Origin: an uncultured virus (IMG/VR IMGVR_UViG_3300036761_004198) | Taxonomy: Duplodnaviria > Heunggongvirae > Uroviricota > Caudoviricetes | Virus record (IMG/VR): IMGVR_UViG_3300036761_004198 | DNA: 20,000 nucleotides | Strand: one strand, 5' to 3' | In this document: in pieces, positions 6,706 through 13,934 of the stretch | Layout: each line of letters opens with the position of its first letter | How positions within the stretch are numbered: position 1 is the first letter of the stretch | The notes under the pieces: model-generated | Databases searched by the model: none | Seen by the model: only the letters and a program-made list of their open reading frames with translations | Told to the model about the DNA's origin: nothing | Program-made: the position numbers and the translations under genes

Positions 6706-8328
6706 CTAGCCCACCAAGGGGAAGTTGAGGAAGAAGGCCATCCCCGCATCGACCGCCGCGGGCGCGAGAGGCGTACCGGGCGGCGTGCCAGGCGCGGGAG
6801 AGCCGGAGAGAAACTTCGCTGCGAACGGGACCGCCGTTTCGCCGCCGTTGAAGAACACCGACTCCAAGATCTGATCGATCCGCAATCCCTCTTGATGAGC
6901 GCCGGCGACGAATAGCTCACCCGTGGTGAGACGTTCGCCCGCGCCCCACGAAAGACCCGCGAAGATCGGCTGCGGTCGCTGCGCGCCCGGGGGTTGAGGC
7001 ACCGACAACGGCAGGTCGGGACCTTGCCTCCACGTCTCGGTGATTGGATCCCACAGCTCGGTCATGTAGTTCCCAGGCGACCACAGCTCGTCGATGCCGC
7101 CGGCCGCGACGACGGTGCCGTCCGGGAGCTGAAACACGGCTGGGTAGCAACGACCCGCCGCCATCGATCCGCTTTGCCGCCACTGCGAGCCGGGCGCCTT
7201 GTTGATGTCGAATACCCAGCACGTCGCGCGCGGCCGACTGCAAACGAACGGAGGGCCGGCGACCGGCGTGTTGAGCGCGACGGGCCCTGAACCGCCGACG
7301 ATCAGAGCCTTACCAGGCCCGATGTTGAGAGCGCGACCGAACATGCGGCGAGCTTGGTAACCCGGCGGCGTGAGTGGAGGCGCAACGATCGGATACACGC
7401 CCGACATCTCGCCCGCGATCACGGGAAGCGGATCTACGACGGTCCACGTGTTCGCGTCCGCGTCGTAGACCTCGGCGGTTTCGGTCCATTGATCCGGACA
7501 CAGCGGCGCGAGAGCGTTGACCGAGTACGAGATGCCACCGACCACGAGCACCTTGCCGCCCCCGAGTGCGCATGCGCCCGCGATGTACGCCCGCGGGACG
7601 GACATCTGTGCGCACGAGACCCAGGTTTGGGTCACGAGATCGAAGCGGATCGCCGATCGCGTGCCGCCCCATCGAAAGAACGCAGCAGCCGCAGGATCCT
7701 CGAAGCCGGTACCACCGACGACGAACGGATCGCCGTCATGCAGACCGCCCTTGATGTAGATCTGCGGGAACCGTGCACCACCGTCGGCCGGAATGTAGTT
7801 GTTCGTCGCCGGGATCAGGCCAGTCGGCGTCCACGTGTTCGCGATCGGATCGTAGATCAACGACGACGTGAGACCGTTCGCGAAGAGGAACGGCGGCGGC
7901 GGACCGTTGAGCGCGGGGTTGTTGAAGAATGGCGTGAGGCCACCGCACACGAGGATCTTTCCGCCGGGCAAATGAAACACGACGGGGAAGACGCGCGGCG
8001 TCGGCATCGGTGCCGCCGTCATCCATGTTCCCGTCACCACGTCGAAGATCTCCGCACTCGCGAGCTGGCTCTGACCACCAGTCGCCGAGCCGCCGAGCAC
8101 GATCGCTCGACCGTTGGGGAGCAATCCCATGTGGTGCCAGGCGCGCCCCGTCGACATGTTCGCGACACGCGTCCAGTGCTCGGGCTGGACCGTCGGTCCC
8201 GTAGGTCCCGTAGGTCCCGCGGGTCCCGTCGCTCCGTCGTGGCCGTCATGACCTCGATGCCCGCGGTGCCCGCGCTCGCCACGCTCGCCGTCGCAGTCGT
8301 TACCGGCGCGCTTATTGATGTCGGCCAT
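6706..8328 (-). CDS. Kelch-repeat beta-propeller protein with N-terminal collagen-like segment (540 aa)
   Basis: AAGGAGAG RBS; 11 Gly-X-Y triplets; 6-7 Kelch units (W...M...R......L.DG.VLVVGG....E.YD...W). Confidence 0.9.
   Translation of the reverse strand: MADINKRAGNDCDGERGERGHRGHRGHDGHDGATGPAGPTGPTGPTVQPEHWTRVANMSTGRAWHHMGLLPNGRAIVLGGSATGGQSQLASAEIFDVVTGTWMTAAPMPTPRVFPVVFHLPGGKILVCGGLTPFFNNPALNGPPPPFLFANGLTSSLIYDPIANTWTPTGLIPATNNYIPADGGARFPQIYIKGGLHDGDPFVVGGTGFEDPAAAAFFRWGGTRSAIRFDLVTQTWVSCAQMSVPRAYIAGACALGGGKVLVVGGISYSVNALAPLCPDQWTETAEVYDADANTWTVVDPLPVIAGEMSGVYPIVAPPLTPPGYQARRMFGRALNIGPGKALIVGGSGPVALNTPVAGPPFVCSRPRATCWVFDINKAPGSQWRQSGSMAAGRCYPAVFQLPDGTVVAAGGIDELWSPGNYMTELWDPITETWRQGPDLPLSVPQPPGAQRPQPIFAGLSWGAGERLTTGELFVAGAHQEGLRIDQILESVFFNGGETAVPFAAKFLSGSPAPGTPPGTPLAPAAVDAGMAFFLNFPLVG
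8191..8289 (-). repeat. Collagen-like Gly-X-Y repeat
   Basis: GER GER GHR GHR GHD GHD GAT GPA GPT GPT GPT. Confidence 0.9.
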
Positions 8329-8332
8329 CAAA

Positions 8333-8376
8333 CTCTCCTTGTCCCCGAATATATAGTGAGCCAGATCCGAGGGCTA
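8333..8376 (-). promoter_or_regulatory. Putative promoter and RBS of the Kelch gene
   Basis: AT-rich CTATATATT with TATATT -10-like hexamer (8348..8353) in otherwise GC-rich DNA; RBS AAGGAGAG at 8333..8340; -35 poor. Confidence 0.45.
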
Positions 8377-8757
8377 ATTTTCGGTGATGTCCCCGTGCAT
8401 CTCGCCGACGAGTCGCTGGACGACCGCTTGCCGGACGTCGTCGCGGCGCGCGCCCGGCCGGTACGCCGTCGCCATGATCGCGTCAACAATCTGCACGGCC
8501 GGCAGCCGACCCGGCACGTACGGATCGAGGATCGATCCGTCGGAGAAGCGGAGCCAGCTGTGCTCGACCGGACCGCAGTGCCCGTCGACGACAGTGAGGG
8601 TGCTGTCCGCGAGCACACGACGGATGGCCCGCGCCAGCTCGTGACAGCGGAGTTCGTTGCCCCATGTGTCCGACACGCGCGCGACAAGCGTCTGGGTGCG
8701 GGCGAGAGTGCACGTGTGTGCCGAATGGAAGCACGCGCGCTCGGCGTACGTGATCAC
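8374..8757 (-). CDS. Small protein with transglutaminase/papain-like Cys-His-Asp pattern (127 aa)
   Basis: RCHELARA...VDGHCGPVEHSWLRF...ILDPY; GTGA overlap with the upstream gene. Confidence 0.6.
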   Translation of the reverse strand: MITYAERACFHSAHTCTLARTQTLVARVSDTWGNELRCHELARAIRRVLADSTLTVVDGHCGPVEHSWLRFSDGSILDPYVPGRLPAVQIVDAIMATAYRPGARRDDVRQAVVQRLVGEMHGDITEN

Positions 8758-9068
8758 GCGCTGCTCCTGATCGGATACGTCCACGAGCGGACGACGGCCG
8801 GCGTCACGCCGATCGCGGCAGCGATCGCTTGATACGTCACCACCGGCGAACGAAGGAGGACGGTGAGGCGTTGCTTGAAGTCCTCGGTCACGATGCACGC
8901 CGCGTGGCCGTCCAGCTTACTGCCGGCCCAGCGACGCCAGTGCCGACCGCAGTAACGGCAGGTGTTCAGATCGGCGCCCGGATCGTCCGGGCACCAGCGT
9001 GCTCCCTGCGACGCGATCATGTTGGAGAGACGGAACTCGTCTCGAAGAGCAACGGCGTCGAGCAACAT
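8754..9068 (-). CDS. Putative DNA-binding protein: CxxC/HxxC Zn motif plus C-terminal HTH
   Basis: TCRYCGR...HAAC and TYQAIAAAIGVTPAVVRSW. Confidence 0.7.
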   Translation of the reverse strand: MLLDAVALRDEFRLSNMIASQGARWCPDDPGADLNTCRYCGRHWRRWAGSKLDGHAACIVTEDFKQRLTVLLRSPVVTYQAIAAAIGVTPAVVRSWTYPIRSSA

Positions 9069-9073
9069 GCGGT

Positions 9074-9274
9074 TCAGCCTTCTCCGTGGTGCCGATCGCG
9101 CGCGCGCAGCCAGTCGAGGATCTCCTCAAGTTCGTGCTTGGCCGCAACCACGTGATCGTCGGTAGCGCACTCCTCCCAAACCTCCTTCATCAGTAGCTCG
9201 CCCCCTTTGAGGTCATCTTCGATCGCCATGATGATCTGTCGACGGACGAGCGATTGGATCTGCACCATCTTCAT
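9074..9274 (-). CDS. Small acidic hypothetical protein (66 aa, MKMVQIQ...)
   Basis: ATGA overlap with the upstream gene; GAGGA RBS. Confidence 0.7.
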   Translation of the reverse strand: MKMVQIQSLVRRQIIMAIEDDLKGGELLMKEVWEECATDDHVVAAKHELEEILDWLRARDRHHGEG

Positions 9275-9447
9275 CGCCGCGCTTCCTCTGCCGCGTGATC
9301 GCTGCCGTGACGACGCGCGACCTTGCTCGTCTCCACCCACGCGCCTTCCCAGCCACACGAGCACCGCGGCATGAACAGCTCGGGATACGCCGGTGACACG
9401 AGATGGACCGCGTAGCCTCCGCACACGACCTTGACGTGATGCTTCAC
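9271..9447 (-). CDS. Small putative Zn-binding protein (58 aa, MKHHVKVVCGG...RCSCGWEG...RRHGSDH)
   Basis: Hand translation, below the ORF-track length cut-off; CxCGW...HxxxH; fills the gap and overlaps the next gene by ATGA. Confidence 0.65.
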   Translation of the reverse strand: MKHHVKVVCGGYAVHLVSPAYPELFMPRCSCGWEGAWVETSKVARRHGSDHAAEEARR

Positions 9448-9460
9448 GCTGCGCCCATGA

Positions 9461-10168
9461 TTATTTTTCCCCGACGCGACGCCGGGAACTGGGCGTGCCG
9501 CCGAGTTCTTTCAGGAGCGACGCGTGGAGCCACCCGGCGATCGTCTCAACGTCGACCCCGAGGATCTTGGAGGCACCCTTGATGTGGTTAGGTGCCATGG
9601 GGTACGTGCCGTTTGCCCAGGCACTTACCGTCGGCTTGGACACACCCATCACCTTCGCAAACTGTGAGCGGTTCATATCGATGAAGGTCAGCGACGCGAC
9701 CAACTGTTCGCCAAAGCCCGTGCACCACACCGTTCTCGATGATCGAAGATCCCGCCTTCGCGAAGTCGTACGTTTCCGTCTAGTCCGTAAAACATGGGTG
9801 CGCAGCCTGTGACAGTTAGAGCAAACAACATCACACTTAGCGATCTCCGCAAGCAGTACATCGCGACCCATCTTGCGTGCCGCGATAGTAAACAACTTAA
9901 TTTCTCCAGGACGATGATCAAAATCCATGCAGACGGGATGAAACCGTTTGCGACAGTCCATGCACGGCACATTCTTGAAACTGAGGATCAAAGCGCGTAG
10001 TGCCGTAGACTTCTCCTTTGCACTATCTGTCTTACGATAACGCGCTCCACATCGAGCAGCGGACATACGCCCCTTGGCACTAGTCCGATATCTTTTTTGA
10101 GTAGTTCGTCCCTTTGCCGTTTGAAGATAACGGTGCTGAGCCTCGGCATAGTCTGCCTTGGTCCACAC
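9461..10168 (-). CDS. HNH endonuclease fused to a C-terminal XRE/Cro-like HTH
   Basis: Basic repeats YLQTAKGR/YRTSAKGR; CMDC...MDFDHR...EIAKCDVVCSNCHRLRT; then MNRSQFAKVMGVSKPTVSAWANG. Visibly AT-richer over ~9780..10170. Confidence 0.88.
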   Translation of the reverse strand: MWTKADYAEAQHRYLQTAKGRTTQKRYRTSAKGRMSAARCGARYRKTDSAKEKSTALRALILSFKNVPCMDCRKRFHPVCMDFDHRPGEIKLFTIAARKMGRDVLLAEIAKCDVVCSNCHRLRTHVLRTRRKRTTSRRRDLRSSRTVWCTGFGEQLVASLTFIDMNRSQFAKVMGVSKPTVSAWANGTYPMAPNHIKGASKILGVDVETIAGWLHASLLKELGGTPSSRRRVGEK

Positions 10169-10170
10169 GG

Positions 10171-10743
10171 CTAAGTCGCGGCTCCCATGATCTCGTCGTA
10201 GTTGAACTCCGTGCCAAGCGCGTCGTCGATCGTGATCAGCTCCTCGACGACGCGCTGGAGAGGCTCACCGTTGTAGATGTAGACGTGCGACGGAACCTTC
10301 ACCTGGCGCTTGACGAACTGGCGGCCGAGCGACGTCAGTTTCCAGTAGCCGACGCGAGGGCTGCCGTCCGCGCGGACGTCCGGCTTCTCCTCGATGAGGC
10401 CCCAGAACTTCAGCTTCGCCCAGTCGCCACGAACGGCCGCGGCGCGGCGGGGATGGTCGGACACCATCTCGGAGATGTAGCTCGGAACGTGCAGCCACTC
10501 CTCGACAGGATCCCCTTGGAAGTAGCACGCGATCAGGAGCAGTACGTAGGCCATCGATTTGTTGAAGGGTCGTTTGTACAATTTCACGAACTGGTTGCAG
10601 CACGGGCACGTAGCACCTTTGCCGAAGCGCGCGCGTAACCACTTCTTCGCCTCCGCCAGCGTTGTCTTCTGGTCCGCGACGAAGAATTCCTCTTTCACGT
10701 CGCGCTTCGGATCATTCTTTGCGGCGGTCTTTGCGGCGTTCAT
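10171..10743 (-). CDS. Phage hypothetical protein with CPCC Zn knuckle and winged-helix-like C-terminus (190 aa)
   Basis: ATG at 10743 just after the SNF2 stop; CPCCNQFVKLY, AKLKFWGLIE, GYWKLTSLGRQFV. Confidence 0.8.
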   Translation of the reverse strand: MNAAKTAAKNDPKRDVKEEFFVADQKTTLAEAKKWLRARFGKGATCPCCNQFVKLYKRPFNKSMAYVLLLIACYFQGDPVEEWLHVPSYISEMVSDHPRRAAAVRGDWAKLKFWGLIEEKPDVRADGSPRVGYWKLTSLGRQFVKRQVKVPSHVYIYNGEPLQRVVEELITIDDALGTEFNYDEIMGAAT

Positions 10744-10771
10744 GGCTTCACGATAGCGGGCGGCTCTGACA

Positions 10772-12436
10772 TCACTCTTCAACCAACCAGGATCTGTATT
10801 TATCGCCGGTAACTTTGTTGGCAACGTCAGCGCAATCCTGAAGGGAGCGTAAGATCTTCTCGTCGACCGTCTTGTACGCGACCATGTCGTAGTAGCAGAC
10901 CGCGCCCATACCGCCGCCGACGAGCCGGTGCGATCGGTCTTCGCTCTGGAGCCGATTGATGTAACTGAAGTCGTTCGAGTAGTAGAAGACGCTCTTGGCC
11001 ATCGGCAGCGAGTGCCCCATGCCCATCGACGACGCCTTCGCGACACAGAACTTCTTCTTCCCCTGCTTGAACTGATCGAGCCCCGCGTCGCGATCCTTCT
11101 GGCTAACGAGCCCGTCGTAGCGCGTGCACTTTGGCGGGCCGAGCGCGCGACAGATCGAGTCGACGTCCTCCGTGAAGCGCGCCCATACAATCGCCTGATG
11201 TGGCGTGTCTTCGAGTCTCTCGAGCAGGAGCTGAAGCCGCGGATTCTTACCGTCATCGTTGAAGAACCGCTTCGGCTCCGCCTCTGGATCCTCTGGGTTC
11301 GGCAAGTATCCGCACGCGATCTGCTGGAGGCGTAGTACCCGCACGAGCGCGAGCGGCGCCGTAATGAGCACCCCCGAATCCAGCTCGACCATGTACTCCT
11401 TGCGGAGCTGATCGTAGACCCGGCGCTGCTCGGGCAGTAGATCGAAGAGGAGCCGGCTATAGAGCTTCGGTGGCAACTCGACGCCCGCGTCCTCCTTCGT
11501 GAGGCGCGTCGAGACCGGCATGATCATCGCCTTGAGCTTGTCGAGCTCACGGAAACCGACAACAACCTCGATCGTGCGACCGACCGTCGCCTTCTTCGGG
11601 GCTGCCGTCGCTGCGGGTCGCGAGACCTGCTTCACCTCGTCAGGTTCCAGGACCTCGGAGAAGTCGAGCTGCTCGTACGCCGCGATTCCGGCCTCCGTCG
11701 CGTCGTGCGGAACGATCGGCTCCCAGCTGTGCTTCCCGCGCCCGGCGCGGTCGTCCTCACCGCCGACCGGGATCCTCCGCGTGATCGCGAACTGCGCCTT
11801 GAACGCGGTCCACGATCCGATGCCGTGTCGGATCCAGAACCGGTTGTCGAGGAGCTTCATCTGAGCGTAGACGTCAAGGGCGCTGTTGCCGATCGGCGTG
11901 CCGTTAAGGAGCCGCACGTGCGAGGCGAACTGCCGGAGTGCGTCCACCTTCTTGGTGCGCAGCGCCTCGGGATTACGCACCTTGCTCGCCTCGTCAATCA
12001 CGAGCAAGAAGCGCGGAAAACGCTCCTTGAACTTGAGCACCGCTGCCCGACCGCGCGCCGTCATCATCCCCTCGTACGTGATCGCGAGCCACGTCAGCTC
12101 GGTCCGCCGGCCCGGCGTCGGTGCGAGCAGCCGCTCGACCGCCTTGTCCTGGCCCTTGCCACGATCGGAGTGCCAATCCATGCCTCGCCACGGCAGGCCG
12201 GCGTGCCTGGGCAGCTCGTCGCTGATCCAGTTGCGGTGCACGCCGTTCGGGGCAACGACCATCGCCCCGTCGATCCGGTTCTGCCGATAGAGGTGCTCGA
12301 CGGTGCGGATCGTCGGAGCCGTCTTGCCGAGGCCCTGCTCAAACAAGACGGCCCACGCCACGGCGTCGCGCGTCTGATCGAACAGCTCCTGCTGGTGACG
12401 GAAGAGCGGGGGCGGCTCCTTCTCCGGCGTGATCAT
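10772..12436 (-). CDS. SNF2-family (SF2) helicase/translocase
   Basis: LFRHQ, EQGLGKT, VIDEAS, LLNGTPI, RLQQIACG, IVWARF, GMGHSL, RLQSEDRSHR. Confidence 0.95.
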   Translation of the reverse strand: MITPEKEPPPLFRHQQELFDQTRDAVAWAVLFEQGLGKTAPTIRTVEHLYRQNRIDGAMVVAPNGVHRNWISDELPRHAGLPWRGMDWHSDRGKGQDKAVERLLAPTPGRRTELTWLAITYEGMMTARGRAAVLKFKERFPRFLLVIDEASKVRNPEALRTKKVDALRQFASHVRLLNGTPIGNSALDVYAQMKLLDNRFWIRHGIGSWTAFKAQFAITRRIPVGGEDDRAGRGKHSWEPIVPHDATEAGIAAYEQLDFSEVLEPDEVKQVSRPAATAAPKKATVGRTIEVVVGFRELDKLKAMIMPVSTRLTKEDAGVELPPKLYSRLLFDLLPEQRRVYDQLRKEYMVELDSGVLITAPLALVRVLRLQQIACGYLPNPEDPEAEPKRFFNDDGKNPRLQLLLERLEDTPHQAIVWARFTEDVDSICRALGPPKCTRYDGLVSQKDRDAGLDQFKQGKKKFCVAKASSMGMGHSLPMAKSVFYYSNDFSYINRLQSEDRSHRLVGGGMGAVCYYDMVAYKTVDEKILRSLQDCADVANKVTGDKYRSWLVEE

Positions 12437-13083
12437 CGTGAACCTCGACGCAGCACCGATTGGTTCGCCCGCTTGCTCACGACGCGCAGCGACGCGAGTG
12501 GTCGGTGGAACTCGGCGAAGTCTCGGGACAGCTCCGCATCGGCGAAGCTGGACACCGTAACGTTGTCACCACCGACGTACTTGATCGCAGACGGATCGAT
12601 GGCGCGTGCGGCGATAAAAGCGTTTACGATCTTCTCAAACTCCCAGGGGGCCTCGTGGTGCACCTGGCAATTCTCCCGCGTGACCAGCTCGCTCGTCACC
12701 GGACATGGGAATTCTGTAACCTCCGCGAAGGCGGTCTGTTTGACAGCTAAGATCTGGTCGACGACCGCGGTACGACACGACTGACTAAACCAGAAATAAG
12801 GAGTAGACGGCGTCAGACACTCCTTGTAGCTGATGTCCGTGTGCGTCCCATCGAGGCGCTCGATCTGGAAGCCCGCCGTCCTGAACGGCAACACGCAAAC
12901 CACGCGGATACGCGCGATCCCGATGCCGATCTTCTCGGCAGCGCTTTGATGACGGGTGAACAGCGATCGAAGAAATTTCTCCTCCGGTCCGTCTATATTT
13001 CGGTAGCCGCGGCGCAAGATCTCCTGCACGCGACGACGAACGGCCTCCTTGCTCGCGAACTGCTCGTCTCCGACGATGATCAT
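12433..13083 (-). CDS. DCL/DUF3223-family protein with HNH-like C-terminal part
   Basis: RHQSAAEKIGIGI...F.IERLDGT..DISYKECL is the DUF3223 signature; then CPVT...VHHEAPWEF...FAEFH...LRVVSKRAN. Codon usage somewhat atypical. Confidence 0.8.
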   Translation of the reverse strand: MIIVGDEQFASKEAVRRRVQEILRRGYRNIDGPEEKFLRSLFTRHQSAAEKIGIGIARIRVVCVLPFRTAGFQIERLDGTHTDISYKECLTPSTPYFWFSQSCRTAVVDQILAVKQTAFAEVTEFPCPVTSELVTRENCQVHHEAPWEFEKIVNAFIAARAIDPSAIKYVGGDNVTVSSFADAELSRDFAEFHRPLASLRVVSKRANQSVLRRGSR

Positions 13084-13334
13084 CGGTAGTGCCTCGCCTC
13101 CCGCTCGACGATCAGCTCGCCCCGATCGTAGTCGACGTGCAAGATCGTGCCGCAGTTATGGAAGCGGTACGTGCCCCCCTCGCCGAGCTGACAGAGTCGC
13201 GCCGCTCGTGCGGCCTCGGCCGTCGGCACCACGGCAGCGGGAAGCCCCCCGAAACGACGATCCGTCCAGCCCCAGCGCCGCACCGGCACGAAAGAGCCGA
13301 TGAGCATCCCGCACAGCAGGGTGAACGTCGTCAC
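13080..13334 (-). CDS. Hypothetical protein (84 aa)
   Basis: GGAG RBS, ATGA overlap with the next gene, hydrophobic N-terminus. Confidence 0.6.
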   Translation of the reverse strand: MTTFTLLCGMLIGSFVPVRRWGWTDRRFGGLPAAVVPTAEAARAARLCQLGEGGTYRFHNCGTILHVDYDRGELIVEREARHYR

Positions 13335-13351
13335 GCGCGCACTCTCCGTGC

Positions 13352-13696
13352 TCAGGGTTTGCCGGCAGTGGGGTTGCCCGCGGCAGGCTTGCCGGCCGAA
13401 AGCGGCAGCGCGTTGGCGATCGTGTCGCTGACGTGCTTGAGTAACTCCTTGCGAGCAGCCTCGTCCCCAGACGTCGACGACGAGACCGCGTAGATGAGCG
13501 TCTCGGTCAGAAAGACGATCGGGTCCCTCTTCGCCGACGTGACCGCGTAGAAGAGGGACTCCGTCAAGAACGTGATCACCTGTCCCGCTGCCTGGCGATA
13601 ATCGCCCCTGGACTGCGTGGCCGCCGCGTTGAACAACTGTTCAACGAGTTGATCAGGACTGATAGCCTGGGTGTTGGGATCATTCGGAGTCGGCAT
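13352..13696 (-). CDS. Hypothetical helical protein with internal duplication (114 aa, MPTPNDPN...)
   Basis: ITFLTESLFYAVTS / IVFLTETLIYAVSS repeat; AGKP-AAGNP-TAGKP tail. Confidence 0.7.
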   Translation of the reverse strand: MPTPNDPNTQAISPDQLVEQLFNAAATQSRGDYRQAAGQVITFLTESLFYAVTSAKRDPIVFLTETLIYAVSSSTSGDEAARKELLKHVSDTIANALPLSAGKPAAGNPTAGKP

Positions 13697-13934
13697 GGTC
13701 TTCGTCTTCCCCTTCCTTGCAGGCGGCACGCGCCTGCGACAGCTCGTTGTGCATCTGCGCTGCGTCTCGCGCGGCGGCACTCCGGCCGCGCAGGTAACCC
13801 ATCTCGTACGCGAACAGCATCCGATCCGTGACGACGGCGGAGGGCTCCTCGCCCGTCTCGCGCGCCCACCGCGCTACGAACTCGCGCGCGGCGAACCGGC
13901 CCTGCTCGCTCACCTGGTCACTCACGTGAGTCAC
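13680..13934 (-). CDS. Hypothetical protein (84 aa)
   Basis: GTGA overlap with the HAD gene; AYEMGYLRG motif; typical codon usage. Confidence 0.65.
   Translation of the reverse strand: MTHVSDQVSEQGRFAAREFVARWARETGEEPSAVVTDRMLFAYEMGYLRGRSAAARDAAQMHNELSQARAACKEGEDEDHADSE

Noticed and set aside
6706..8328. Galactose/glyoxal oxidase call for the Kelch protein
   Set aside because: Tyr-His copper-ligand motif and C-terminal Ig-like domain are not present.
11570..11790. Intein in the SNF2 helicase or the polymerase
   Set aside because: No C/S...HN-C/S/T splice junctions; insertions too short.
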